A stretch of 64,000 nt of DNA, from assembly GCA_964423445.1 (NCBI GenBank), contig CAYREQ010000001.1, forward strand, positions 65,732 through 129,731. Reading direction: 5' to 3'. A program made the translations under genes and the position numbers. The notes beneath the pieces are model-generated. The model made no database searches. It saw only the letters and a program-made list of their open reading frames with translations, and had not been told where the DNA came from. This DNA is from an uncultured Candidatus Saccharibacteria bacterium. Lineage in GTDB: Bacteria > Patescibacteriota > Minisyncoccia > Phycocordibacterales > UBA9973. Every line of letters begins with the position of its first letter. Positions within the stretch are counted from its first letter, which is position 1. Of this stretch, positions 1-9,720 are shown in pieces.

Positions 1-57
1 TGATAGATTATCACATATTTTTACTAAAAACAAGCTTTTTAAAAACAAAGGTTTTTA

Positions 58-85
58 TTGACTTTTTCGTGAAAAAAGATAGTAT
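58..85 (+). promoter_or_regulatory. Sigma70-type promoter of greA, probably leaderless
   Basis: TTGACT-16-TAGTAT, 6 nt before the ATG. Confidence 0.6.
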
Positions 86-91
86 ATTCAC

Positions 92-562
92 ATGACAACA
101 GACTATATAACAGAGGAGAAGAGAAAAGAACTCGAGCTAGAACTCATTGATTTAAAAGGCCCAAAAAGGAAGAAAATTTTGGAGAATTTAGAGTATGCAA
201 AATCTCTAGGTGACTTGTCTGAAAATGCGGAATATCATCAGACTCGCGAAGACCAAGGCAAACTAGAAGAGCGCATAGCAAAAATTGAAAAAATCTTACA
301 ATCTTCAGAAGTAGTATCTGGAAAAGGTCCTGGTGGAGACACAGTAGGTATCGGCTCAAAAGTCGTAGTAAAGAAAGAAGGTGGGGCACAAGAAGAAAAA
401 ACTTATACGATAGTAGGATCTGAAGAAGCAAATATGGCTGAAGGAAAAATATCAAATAGATCACCATTTGGCGAAGCTCTTTTTGGAAAAAATAAAGGTG
501 ACAAAGTATCCTTTAATACTCCAAATGGAACTGTAGACTATAAAATAATTAGTGTTTCTTAA
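92..562 (+). CDS. greA: Transcription elongation factor GreA
   Basis: GDLSENAEY motif; C-terminal IVGSEEA...ISNRSPFGEAL. Confidence 0.97.
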   Translation: MTTDYITEEKRKELELELIDLKGPKRKKILENLEYAKSLGDLSENAEYHQTREDQGKLEERIAKIEKILQSSEVVSGKGPGGDTVGIGSKVVVKKEGGAQEEKTYTIVGSEEANMAEGKISNRSPFGEALFGKNKGDKVSFNTPNGTVDYKIISVS

Positions 563-602
563 ATATTTACTCAAATTTTGTTTTGCGTGTTACAATAAAT
601 AA

Positions 603-2069
603 ATGTCTTCAATTGATGAAATTAGAGATGCCAGAATAAAAAAACTTGAACTCTTGAAAGAAAGAGGTGTAAACCCTTACCCTGCAGAATCAAAAAGAGA
701 GCTCAGCCTAAAAGAGGCAGTAGAAAATTTTGATACTTTATCAAATGAAGGTACACAAAAATGGATTGCTGGTAGAGTGATGTCTATCCGTGGTCAAGGA
801 GCTATAGTATTTATCACCCTAAATGATGGTACTGGAACTTTTCAAGGATTACTTAAAAAAGATATTTTGGGTGATGATAAATTATCTTTTTTTAGTGAAG
901 TTGTAGACATTGGTGATTTTATAGAAATACAAGGAACATTTTTTACTACAAACAGGGGAGAGAAAACCCTAGAAACAAAAGATTGGCGGATGCTCTCTAA
1001 GAGCTTGCGTCCATTGCCAGAAAAATGGCATGGACTAGTGGATACAGAAGAGAGATTTCGCAAGAGGTATCTGGATATCTTGATGAATCCAGAAATAAAA
1101 GAACTTTTTGAAAAGAAAGCAAAATTTTGGGATGCTATTCGTACATTTTTGAAAAAAGAAAATTTTTTAGAAGTAGAGACACCCACAATCGAGGTGACGA
1201 CAGGTGGTGCTGAGGCTAGACCATTTAAAACTCACCATAATGATTTTGATATTGATGTTTTTATGCGTATATCAGTAGGCGAGCTTTGGCAAAAGAGACT
1301 CTTGGCTGCTGGTTTCCCGAGAGTTTTTGAGATAGGGCGTGTATATAGAAACGAAGGTTCTAGCCCAGAGCATACTCAAGAATTCACCAATATGGAATTT
1401 TATGCAGGATATATGGACTACAGAGAAGGCACTGAGCTTACAGAGAAAATGCTCAAGTATGCAATAGAGGAGACATTTGGAACACTAGAATTTGAGATTC
1501 ATGGACAAAAAGTAGATTTTTCAAAAAAATGGGAGATAGCTCCATACGTAGATACTATAAAAAAAATGATTGGTATAGACGTACTTATAGCTAATGAAAA
1601 AGAAATGAAAGAAAAGCTCGAAGAGCTCGGTGTCAAATACGAAGGAGATAACAAAGAACGTCTTACTGATTCTTTGTGGAAATATTGTAGAAAAAATATT
1701 ATTGGTCCAGTTTGGTTGGTGGATGTGCCAAAATTAGTATCTCCACTATCAAAAGCTAAACCAGAAAACCCATTGCTTACTGAGCGTGTACAGTTGTTGG
1801 TAGCTGGGGCAGAGTGTACAAATGGATTTTCTGAACTAAATGACCCTATAGATCAAGCAGAACGTTTTGAACTACAAAAGGAGCTAATAAAAAAAGGAGA
1901 CGAAGAAGCTATGATGTCAGACGATGAGTTTGTGGAAATGCTCGAGCATGGCATGCCACCAGCTTTTGGTTTTGGCATAGGAGGTGACAGACTATTTTCT
2001 TTTCTTGTAGATAAGCCACTGAGGGAGACACAATTGTTTCCACTAATGCGACCTAAAAATAAGGAATAA
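603..2069 (+). CDS. lysS: Lysine--tRNA ligase (class II)
   Basis: OB-fold N-terminus, PLPEKWHGL, GGAEARPF, YRNEG, SELNDP, GMPP motif 3. Confidence 0.98.
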   Translation: MSSIDEIRDARIKKLELLKERGVNPYPAESKRELSLKEAVENFDTLSNEGTQKWIAGRVMSIRGQGAIVFITLNDGTGTFQGLLKKDILGDDKLSFFSEVVDIGDFIEIQGTFFTTNRGEKTLETKDWRMLSKSLRPLPEKWHGLVDTEERFRKRYLDILMNPEIKELFEKKAKFWDAIRTFLKKENFLEVETPTIEVTTGGAEARPFKTHHNDFDIDVFMRISVGELWQKRLLAAGFPRVFEIGRVYRNEGSSPEHTQEFTNMEFYAGYMDYREGTELTEKMLKYAIEETFGTLEFEIHGQKVDFSKKWEIAPYVDTIKKMIGIDVLIANEKEMKEKLEELGVKYEGDNKERLTDSLWKYCRKNIIGPVWLVDVPKLVSPLSKAKPENPLLTERVQLLVAGAECTNGFSELNDPIDQAERFELQKELIKKGDEEAMMSDDEFVEMLEHGMPPAFGFGIGGDRLFSFLVDKPLRETQLFPLMRPKNKE

Positions 2070-2101
2070 AAAAAGGCGAGACACTATCGAGTGGCCCGCC
2101 T
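2068..2101 (-). terminator. Hairpin with U-tract on the minus strand
   Basis: Minus strand GGCGGGCCACT-CGAT-AGTGTCTCGCC followed by a T run. Confidence 0.5.
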
Positions 2102-2254
2102 GAAGTCGATCGGAGAATGATCTACATCATATATACCTTTTATAAAAAAAGTATTTTTCTCTTGGAAAGAACAAGAGAAGGTCTATACGATGCTATCGTT
2201 ATGAAAACAAAAGTATCTAAATATAGTTTATATCTTAAAGTGTATAAAAGTCAA

Positions 2255-2423
2255 TAAAATTAACAAATCCCACGAAGGTAAGGACCTGTGTGGGATTTGG
2301 ATGTGTTTTATAGCAAAGCTATCAGATATTTTTTGATGCAGTAGCATCAATTGATGCCTCTCTGGCGGTTTTTCTGGTGGAAAACCCACCAGAGAGGTTT
2401 GGAACGCGAACCGACAGGTAGGC
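2255..2423 (-). ncRNA. Candidate structured small RNA, family unknown
   Basis: GTGACA-17-TATACT promoter (2458-2430); hairpins at 2357-2397, 2333-2350, 2310-2322; terminal stem 2264-2299; no credible ORF. Confidence 0.5.
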
Positions 2424-2464
2424 TTCTTAAGTATATAAATTTTAAAAATGAATGTCACTACGAG

Positions 2465-2473
2465 TTATCCACA
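2465..2473 (+). promoter_or_regulatory. DnaA box upstream of mraZ
   Basis: Perfect TTATCCACA. Confidence 0.55.
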
Positions 2474-2504
2474 GATATTGTTTGGTGTTATTTTTATATA
2501 GGAA

Positions 2505-2535
2505 TATAATGTATAACAAGTGGGAAAAAGTGGGA
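2505..2535 (+). promoter_or_regulatory. dcw promoter -10 element and MraZ-binding direct repeats
   Basis: TATAAT at 2505-2510; GTGGGA at 2520 and 2530 (10-nt period) upstream of mraZ. Confidence 0.75.
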
Positions 2536-2587
2536 AAAAATGTTTTAAAGTTTTTTCCAAAAAAATAATAAAAATTTTGCAAAAATT

Positions 2588-3025
2588 ATGTTGATAGGCG
2601 AATACATACACACAATAGATGAAAAAAACAGAATGTCTTTGCCGGCAAAATTTCGTAAGGAGCTCGGGAAAAAAGTAATTGTTACTCCTGGGCTAGATAA
2701 ATGTTTGTTTGTTTTTACACTTGCTGAATGGAAAAAAGTCACAGAGAAATTGGGTAGTACAAGTGGGGAGCTTTCTTTCTTGAAAGCAGACCAGAGAACT
2801 TTCAATAGAAATATGTTTGGACAGGCAGTAGATGTAGACATAGATTCAATTGGAAGAATTTTATTGCCAGAATTTTTGAAAGAGAGAGCAAATTTGAAAA
2901 ATACAGGTGTAGTGGTCGGAGTGCAAGATAGACTTGAAATTTGGAATGACAAGATATGGCAAGAATACAAGAAGGGTGCAGAGAAAGAAGCCGAGAGTTT
3001 AGCAGAGAAATTAGCCGGTGAGTAA
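2588..3025 (+). CDS. mraZ: Transcriptional regulator MraZ
   Basis: GEYIHTIDEKNR and DIDSIGRILLP (two DxxxR motifs); precedes rsmH. Confidence 0.97.
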   Translation: MLIGEYIHTIDEKNRMSLPAKFRKELGKKVIVTPGLDKCLFVFTLAEWKKVTEKLGSTSGELSFLKADQRTFNRNMFGQAVDVDIDSIGRILLPEFLKERANLKNTGVVVGVQDRLEIWNDKIWQEYKKGAEKEAESLAEKLAGE

Positions 3026-3026
3026 T

Positions 3027-3926
3027 ATGCAGAGTATACACAAGACAGTTCTTTTAAATGAAACAATAGAAGGTCTGAATTTAAAAAAAGATTCTATAGT
3101 CATAGATGGCACATTTGGTGGGGGAGGGCATAGCTTGGAAATTTGTAAAAAATTTCCAAATGTAAAAATCATAGCCATAGACCAAGATGCAAATGCTTTT
3201 TTGAAAGCCAAGCCAAGATTTAAAGACATAAAGTGTGATATTGATTTTATCAATACAAATTTTAGATCTTTAGATAAAGCTACAAAAGAAAAAGTAGATG
3301 GAATTATTTTTGATTTAGGTTTGAGTTCTGATCAATTAGAAAATTCTGGACGAGGATTTTCTTTCTTGAAGGATGAGCCTTTGCTCATGAATATGAAAAA
3401 AAGCAAGAAAGAAAATCCTTCTTCAGAAGACCTTACAGCTTTTGAAGTTGTAAATACTTGGGAGGAGAAAAATTTAGCCGACATTATATATGGATTTGGC
3501 GAAGAGCGTTTTAGCAGGAGAATAGCCAAAGGCATAGTTGAGGCGAGAAAAAAATCAAAAATTGAGACAACTTTTGATTTGATAAAAATAATAGAGAGTT
3601 CTGTGCCGGCAATGTACAGGAAAGGGAAGATAAATTGTGCCACAAAGACCTTTCAAGCCCTAAGAATAACTGTAAATGATGAATTGGGGGCATTAAAAGA
3701 AGGATTAGAGAAAGGTTTTGATAAATTAAAAATAGGTGGCCGAATGTCAGTAATTTCTTTTCATAGTCTTGAAGACAGAATAGTAAAAAGATTTTTTAAA
3801 GAATATGAGAAAGAGGGTTTACTGAAATTGATAAATAAAAAACCAATCACACCAAGTAAAGAAGAAATAATTAATAATAATAGGTCTAGAAGTGCAAAAT
3901 TAAGAGTAATAGAAAAAATAAAATAA
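3027..3926 (+). CDS. rsmH: 16S rRNA m4C1402 methyltransferase
   Basis: HKTVLL, DGTFGGGGHS, DLGLSS, FHSLEDR, RSRSAKLR; alternative GTG start at 3018. Confidence 0.97.
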   Translation: MQSIHKTVLLNETIEGLNLKKDSIVIDGTFGGGGHSLEICKKFPNVKIIAIDQDANAFLKAKPRFKDIKCDIDFINTNFRSLDKATKEKVDGIIFDLGLSSDQLENSGRGFSFLKDEPLLMNMKKSKKENPSSEDLTAFEVVNTWEEKNLADIIYGFGEERFSRRIAKGIVEARKKSKIETTFDLIKIIESSVPAMYRKGKINCATKTFQALRITVNDELGALKEGLEKGFDKLKIGGRMSVISFHSLEDRIVKRFFKEYEKEGLLKLINKKPITPSKEEIINNNRSRSAKLRVIEKIK

Positions 3927-3927
3927 C

Positions 3928-4287
3928 ATGACAAAAATCGGGATAAAAGTAAAACAATACACAAACGAAGTAAATATCATAAATAATAATGATATAGAAA
4001 GACGTGTATTAAAAGCTTTACTATTATCTTTTGGTTTCTTGTCTCTACTTTACGTTTTATTTTTGGGAAATATGATTTTCAATATAATCGAACGCCGTAC
4101 CCTAGAAGCAGAAGCACGAACAGTAGGAAATGAAGTAATGGATTTGGAATCTACTTATTTATCAATGAGCAGTAAGCTCGACCTAGAGAGTTCCTTTGCT
4201 ATGGGATTTAAAGAGATAACACCAAGTTACGCTACACGCCCTTCTTCTCTTGGTCTTAACTCTAAGGCTAATAGCAATGAAATCTAG
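3928..4287 (+). CDS. FtsL-like small bitopic division protein
   Basis: Single TM plus coiled coil; position between rsmH and ftsI. Confidence 0.6.
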   Translation: MTKIGIKVKQYTNEVNIINNNDIERRVLKALLLSFGFLSLLYVLFLGNMIFNIIERRTLEAEARTVGNEVMDLESTYLSMSSKLDLESSFAMGFKEITPSYATRPSSLGLNSKANSNEI

Positions 4288-6001
4288 TTTTCTTCATAGA
4301 TCCAGAATTATTCTCGTTTGTATATTAATTTTTAGTTTAGTTTTAATAGCTAAGCTTTTTTTAGTGCAAATTGTGCATAATAGCTCATATGAAGAAATCG
4401 CTCAGCGTCAGTACGCCACACCTTCTTCTAGTATTTTTGAACGCGGAACGATTTATTTTGAACGCAAAGATGGCCAACTCGTCTCTGCCGCTACACAAAC
4501 CTTAGGCTACAAGCTCGCAATCAATCCACAAAAGATGGGAGACGCAGAAGATACTTATACAAAAATTTCTAAAATTATAAAAGATAGAGAAATTGACCAC
4601 GACGATTTCTTATTAAAAGCATCAAAAAAGACAGACCCATATGAAGACATTTTAGGTCATTTATCAAAAGAAGAAGCAGACCAGATAGATACTGCAAAGA
4701 TTCCAGGGGTAAGTATTTTTAAAGAAAAATGGCGTTTTTATCCTGGTGATGATTTGGCATCTCATACACTAGGCTTTGTGGCATACAAGGGGGATGATTT
4801 GAGTGGTCGCTATGGGCTAGAGAGACAATATGATTCTACTCTAAGGAGAGATACAGACAATCCATATGTAAACTTTTTCGCAGAAGTTTTTTCAAACATA
4901 AATGATACTTTTTTGAAAAAAGATTCACGAGAAGGAGATATAGTGACTACCATAGAGCCAATGGTGCAAGAATTTTTAGATAAAAAACTGACTGAAGTGA
5001 GAGCAAAATACAGCGTGGATTCAATCGGTGGAATAATAATGAATCCAGTGGATGGATCTATTTATGCACTTAGTGTAAAACCAGATTTTAATCCAAATGA
5101 TTTTTCTAAAATAAAAAATGCGACACTTTTTGGAAATCCACTCGTAGAAAATGTCTTGGAATTTGGTTCTGTGGTAAAGCCACTCGTGATGGCAGCAGCC
5201 CTAGATACAGGAGCAGTCACAGCCAATACGACATATAATGACTTGGGCTCAGTGACTGTAGAAAAACATCAAATATATAACTTTGATAAAAAAGCTAGAG
5301 GAGCTGGTACTAGTATGCAAGAAGTATTGAATCAATCTCTAAATACAGGAATGGTTTTTGCTGAGCAAAAGTTGGGTAAAAAAAATCTAAGAGAATATTT
5401 GCTAGCTTTTGGTTTGAAAGATAAGACTGGAATTGATTTACCAAATGAAACTTCTGGTCTCGTATCAAATATACTTACTAGTCCTCGTGAGATAGAGTAC
5501 GCAAACGCTGCTTTCGGGCAGGGTATAGCTTTTACGCCGATTGAATTAGTGCGAGCCTTGGCTTCGCTTTCAAATGGTGGAAATTTGGTGACACCGCACC
5601 TACTCAAAGAAATAAAATACAATGACGGTACTTCAAAAAAAATTGAATATCAAACAGTACCAACAAAAATAAAAAAAGAAACTTCACAAGAAATTACTCG
5701 CATGCTGGTGGGTGTGATGGATAAATCTCTAAAGAATGGAGCAGCAAAAATGGAAAATTTTAGTGTCGCAGTAAAAACTGGTACAGCACAAGTTGCCAGA
5801 GAAGATGGTAAGGGCTACTATGATGATAGACACGACCATTCTTTCTTTGGATATTTCCCAGCCTATCAGCCAAAGTTTATAGTATTTCTTTATGCAATAA
5901 ATCCAAAAGGTGTTCCATATGCAGCACAGACTTGGGCTGATCCATTTTTAGATATTACTAAGTTTTTATTAAATTATTATGAAGTCGCACCAGACAGGTA
6001 A
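4277..6001 (+). CDS. ftsI: Class B penicillin-binding protein (FtsI-like)
   Basis: N-terminal TM, RGTIY, SVVK, SLN, KTGT motifs; dcw context. Confidence 0.88.
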   Translation: MKSSFLHRSRIILVCILIFSLVLIAKLFLVQIVHNSSYEEIAQRQYATPSSSIFERGTIYFERKDGQLVSAATQTLGYKLAINPQKMGDAEDTYTKISKIIKDREIDHDDFLLKASKKTDPYEDILGHLSKEEADQIDTAKIPGVSIFKEKWRFYPGDDLASHTLGFVAYKGDDLSGRYGLERQYDSTLRRDTDNPYVNFFAEVFSNINDTFLKKDSREGDIVTTIEPMVQEFLDKKLTEVRAKYSVDSIGGIIMNPVDGSIYALSVKPDFNPNDFSKIKNATLFGNPLVENVLEFGSVVKPLVMAAALDTGAVTANTTYNDLGSVTVEKHQIYNFDKKARGAGTSMQEVLNQSLNTGMVFAEQKLGKKNLREYLLAFGLKDKTGIDLPNETSGLVSNILTSPREIEYANAAFGQGIAFTPIELVRALASLSNGGNLVTPHLLKEIKYNDGTSKKIEYQTVPTKIKKETSQEITRMLVGVMDKSLKNGAAKMENFSVAVKTGTAQVAREDGKGYYDDRHDHSFFGYFPAYQPKFIVFLYAINPKGVPYAAQTWADPFLDITKFLLNYYEVAPDR

Positions 6002-7100
6002 AAAAATAGATAAATTTTTCTTTATAACTCTGCTTTTGATTATCGCTCTCGGGGTGACTATGTTCGTCTCTGCGTCTTTGGGGTTGCTAAACAAAAATCC
6101 AAAAGTTTTTTACTCAGTGCTTTTCAATCAATTGGTCTTGGGTCTCGGTCTCGGCTTTGTCGGTATGTATTTTTCTTACAAGATAGATTATAAAATTTGG
6201 AGACAATACTCACTATATATACTGATAGCCACTATACTTTTGACTTTGGCTGTGTTTATACCAGGACTAGGCTCTAACCATGGCACAGGAGCAAAGAGAT
6301 GGATAAGCTTAGTATTCTTCTCTTTTCAGCCGGTAGAGTTTTTGAAATTTGGTTTTATTATTTATTTTGCTGCTTGGCTTTCTTGGGCAAAAAATAGAGT
6401 TCAAGATTTTAAATATAGTATGCTTCCACTAGTGATACTGCTCGGTATTATCGCTTTAGTTTTATTTAAACAACCAGATACAAAGAGCTTTATCTTGATT
6501 TCTATAACTGGCATGTCTATGCTTTTTATTTCAGGTGTTCCTCTAAGATATATTTTTGGAGTTGGCTTTGGAGCTGTAATCGTATTGTCTGTGCTCGTAT
6601 ACACTACTCCCTATCTCCAAGCTCGAGTGAAAACTTTTATAGATCCATCAAATGACCCACGAGGATCTTCTTATCAAATTCAACAATCCCTGATCGCTCT
6701 CGGTGGGGGAGGAATTTTTGGTCGTGGGTTAGGGCAGAGTATACAAAAATTTAGCTATTTACCAGAGCCACAAGGGGACTCAATCTTTGCAGTCTTGGGT
6801 GAAGAGCTCGGCTTTTTAGGTGGTGTGGCGACGATAGTACTCTATGTGATTTTTGCATTAAGAGGTTTTAAAATTTCAAATAATTCTCCAGATTTATTCA
6901 GTAGACTTTTAGTTGCTGGTATTGTTATACTGATTATTATGCAGTCGTTTATGCATATTGCTTCGGTCAACGGAGTTTTTCCTTTGACAGGAGTTCCACT
7001 TCCTTTTATGAGTCACGGTGGTACTTCTCTTATGATTTATTTGATAGCAATAGGTGTGGTGCTTCAGATATCAAGATTACAGCAACGTAATATACAATAA
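5979..7100 (+). CDS. ftsW: SEDS peptidoglycan polymerase FtsW
   Basis: GAKRWI, FQPVEFLK, YLPEPQGD, PLTGVPLPFMSHGG; precedes murG. Confidence 0.92.
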   Translation: MKSHQTGKKIDKFFFITLLLIIALGVTMFVSASLGLLNKNPKVFYSVLFNQLVLGLGLGFVGMYFSYKIDYKIWRQYSLYILIATILLTLAVFIPGLGSNHGTGAKRWISLVFFSFQPVEFLKFGFIIYFAAWLSWAKNRVQDFKYSMLPLVILLGIIALVLFKQPDTKSFILISITGMSMLFISGVPLRYIFGVGFGAVIVLSVLVYTTPYLQARVKTFIDPSNDPRGSSYQIQQSLIALGGGGIFGRGLGQSIQKFSYLPEPQGDSIFAVLGEELGFLGGVATIVLYVIFALRGFKISNNSPDLFSRLLVAGIVILIIMQSFMHIASVNGVFPLTGVPLPFMSHGGTSLMIYLIAIGVVLQISRLQQRNIQ

Positions 7101-7109
7101 TTTAAATTT

Positions 7110-8240
7110 ATGAAAATAGTTTTTACAGGCGGTGGTACAGGCGGACACTTTTATCCTATTATTGCAGTAGTTCAAAAAGTGAATCAAATAATAGATAGAG
7201 ATAAAATAATTGGAGTAAAGCTCTACTATATTTCTGATAGCCCTTATGATAAAGAAGTGCTTTTTGAGAACGGTCTTATCTATGAGGAAGTCGTGGCTGG
7301 AAAATTGCGTACTTATTTTTCTTGGCAAAATTTTTCAGATGTATTCAAGACAGCTTTTGGAGCGATAAATGCAGTGTATAAATTGTTTACGATATACCCA
7401 GATGTAGTTTTTGGGAAGGGAGGCTATGCATCCTTTCCGGTCATATTTGCTGCTAGAATTTTACGAATACCGGTGATAATTCATGAATCCGATTCTGCAC
7501 CAGGACGTGTAAATCTCTGGGCGGGACGTTTTGCAAAAAAAATAGCTGTATCTTTTAATGATGCTGCTCGATTTTTCCCCAAAAATAAAGTGGCATGGAC
7601 AGGTCAGCCAATAAGAGCCGAGATAGAACACCCAGCTCCTCAAAAAGAAGCTTTTGAATATTTTAAACTAGAATCAAAATTACCAATAATTTTAATTTTA
7701 GGTGGCTCACAAGGTGCAGAGTTGATAAATAATACAATATTAGATGCACTGCCAAGACTTTTAGAAAATTATCAAATAATACATCAGACTGGTGTAAGAA
7801 ATTTTAAAAATGTTAGCGAGCGTTCACTCGTAGTTTTAAATGATAATCCAAACAAATTGAGATATATATCAATGGCGTTTTTGAATTCTCTAGAAATGAA
7901 AATGGCTGCTGGCGTAGCTACGATTATAGTATCTAGAGCAGGCTCTACTTTATTTGAGATAGCTTCTTGGGGTGTGCCTTCTATATTGATTCCTTTTACT
8001 TCCTCAAATGGAGATCATTCAAAGAAAAATGCTTTCAATTATGCGCGTGCTGGAGCTTGTAGTGTGATAGAAGAGGGGAATATGACAGCAAATATTTTGA
8101 GTGGAGAAATTGAGAGAATCACAAATGATAAAACAGAATTGGAACAAATGGCAAAAAATGCAAAAGCTTTTGCAAAGACTGACGCAGCTGAAAAAATCGC
8201 TCGCGCTATCATAGACTTGGCTTTGACCCACGAGAAATAA
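7110..8240 (+). CDS. murG: Lipid II GlcNAc transferase MurG
   Basis: GGGTGGH, GKGGY, GGSQGA, SRAG. Confidence 0.96.
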   Translation: MKIVFTGGGTGGHFYPIIAVVQKVNQIIDRDKIIGVKLYYISDSPYDKEVLFENGLIYEEVVAGKLRTYFSWQNFSDVFKTAFGAINAVYKLFTIYPDVVFGKGGYASFPVIFAARILRIPVIIHESDSAPGRVNLWAGRFAKKIAVSFNDAARFFPKNKVAWTGQPIRAEIEHPAPQKEAFEYFKLESKLPIILILGGSQGAELINNTILDALPRLLENYQIIHQTGVRNFKNVSERSLVVLNDNPNKLRYISMAFLNSLEMKMAAGVATIIVSRAGSTLFEIASWGVPSILIPFTSSNGDHSKKNAFNYARAGACSVIEEGNMTANILSGEIERITNDKTELEQMAKNAKAFAKTDAAEKIARAIIDLALTHEK

Positions 8241-8280
8241 AAAACTCCTCATTTCTCTAAAAAAATGCTAAAATAGGTAT

Positions 8281-9720
8281 ATGAACGATAAAGCTACAGG
8301 AAAAGTAGTGACTAGGTTTGCGCCATCGCCGACCGGTTTTATGCATGTGGGTGGTGTGCGCACGGCTCTTTTTGCTTGGCTTTGGGCTCGTAAAAATAAT
8401 GGTGTTTTTATCCTACGCATAGAAGATACAGACAAGGAGAGGGAAGTAGAAGGCTCTATAGAGCACATAATAGAGTCATTGAAATGGCTAGGACTAGAAT
8501 ATGATGCTGGACCAGACAAATGTGAAGACGGTGTGTGCTATACTCAATCTGATAGATTAGATTTATATAAAAAATACGCAAATATTTTAATTGAAAAAGG
8601 TTTTGCCTACCCTGACCCATACACAAAGGAAGAATTGGAAAATTTTAGAAAAAAAGCCGAGGAAGAAAAGAGGCCTTTTTTGTATAGAGATCATCGTCCA
8701 GAAAATTTTGAAGTTTGGGACGGCACAAAGCCTCTTCGATTTAAAACTCCAGAAATAAAAAGTTATAAATGGAATGATGTAGTCCAAGGAGATTTATCTG
8801 CAGGCCCCGAGGCATTGGATGATTTTATTTTAATAAAAAGTGATGGTTATCCGACTTATAACTTTGCTCACATTGTAGATGACATAGAAATGCATGTGAC
8901 TCATGTAGTGCGTGGACAAGAGTTTATATCTTCTACTCCAAAATTTTTATCTGTATATGAAGCCCTAGGCATAAATCCACCTATTTATGTGACTACACCT
9001 CCGATACTCGGAGCTACAGGCAATAAAAAGCTTTCAAAACGTGATGGCGCTAAAGATATTTTGGATTATAGAAAAGAGGGTTATTTATCAAATACCATGA
9101 TAAATTATCTAGCATTTTTAGGTTTTAACCCTGGTGGAGAAAGAGAAATATTTACACCAAAAGAATTGGTGGAAGTTTTTGATTTAAGTAAAATTCAACG
9201 CTCAGGTTCAAAATGGAGTGATGAGAAATTAAATTGGTTTAATAAAGAACACATAAAATTACTAAGAGGAGATGAAATAGAAAAAAATATTTTAGAGTGG
9301 TTGCCAGAAGATATGCAAAAAAATCCAATTGCAAAAAAACTCGTACCTATAATATTGGAGAGAATTTCAAAGTGGAGTGATATCACAAAAATGGTAGAAG
9401 AAGGTGAGCTCGATTTGTTTTTCAATACTCCAGAAATACAAAAAGAAAAAATAAATTATAAAAACACTCCAAGTGAAAAGACGATAAGTAACTTGCAGGA
9501 TGTAATAAAAATTCTAGAAAATTTGGATGAAAATGATTTTACTATAGAAAATATAAAAAAACTTGTCATGGAATTAGCAGACAAAATGGAAAACAGGGGA
9601 GAGCTACTCCATCCTATGCGTTTTGCTTTATCTGGAAAAGACAAATCTCCAGACCCATTTACTATTGCCTCAATTATAGGAAAAAATGAAACTTTACTTA
9701 GATTACAAAAAGCGACATAA
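8281..9720 (+). CDS. gltX: Glutamate--tRNA ligase
   Basis: RFAPSPTG, HVGG, LRIEDTD, KLSKR. Confidence 0.97.
   Translation: MNDKATGKVVTRFAPSPTGFMHVGGVRTALFAWLWARKNNGVFILRIEDTDKEREVEGSIEHIIESLKWLGLEYDAGPDKCEDGVCYTQSDRLDLYKKYANILIEKGFAYPDPYTKEELENFRKKAEEEKRPFLYRDHRPENFEVWDGTKPLRFKTPEIKSYKWNDVVQGDLSAGPEALDDFILIKSDGYPTYNFAHIVDDIEMHVTHVVRGQEFISSTPKFLSVYEALGINPPIYVTTPPILGATGNKKLSKRDGAKDILDYRKEGYLSNTMINYLAFLGFNPGGEREIFTPKELVEVFDLSKIQRSGSKWSDEKLNWFNKEHIKLLRGDEIEKNILEWLPEDMQKNPIAKKLVPIILERISKWSDITKMVEEGELDLFFNTPEIQKEKINYKNTPSEKTISNLQDVIKILENLDENDFTIENIKKLVMELADKMENRGELLHPMRFALSGKDKSPDPFTIASIIGKNETLLRLQKAT

Noticed and set aside
2355-2425. Plus-strand resemblance to a ZTP (pfl) riboswitch (CTGGCG...GGTGG-AAAA-CCCACC-AGAGAG)
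   Set aside because: The 3' pseudoknot partner reads CCGAC rather than CCGCC, P1 is not evident, the downstream gene is mraZ, and promoter/terminator signals favour the minus strand
2228-2458. 76-aa minus-strand ORF in the track
   Set aside because: Its start codon lies in the -35 element and it runs through RNA hairpins; no protein-like features
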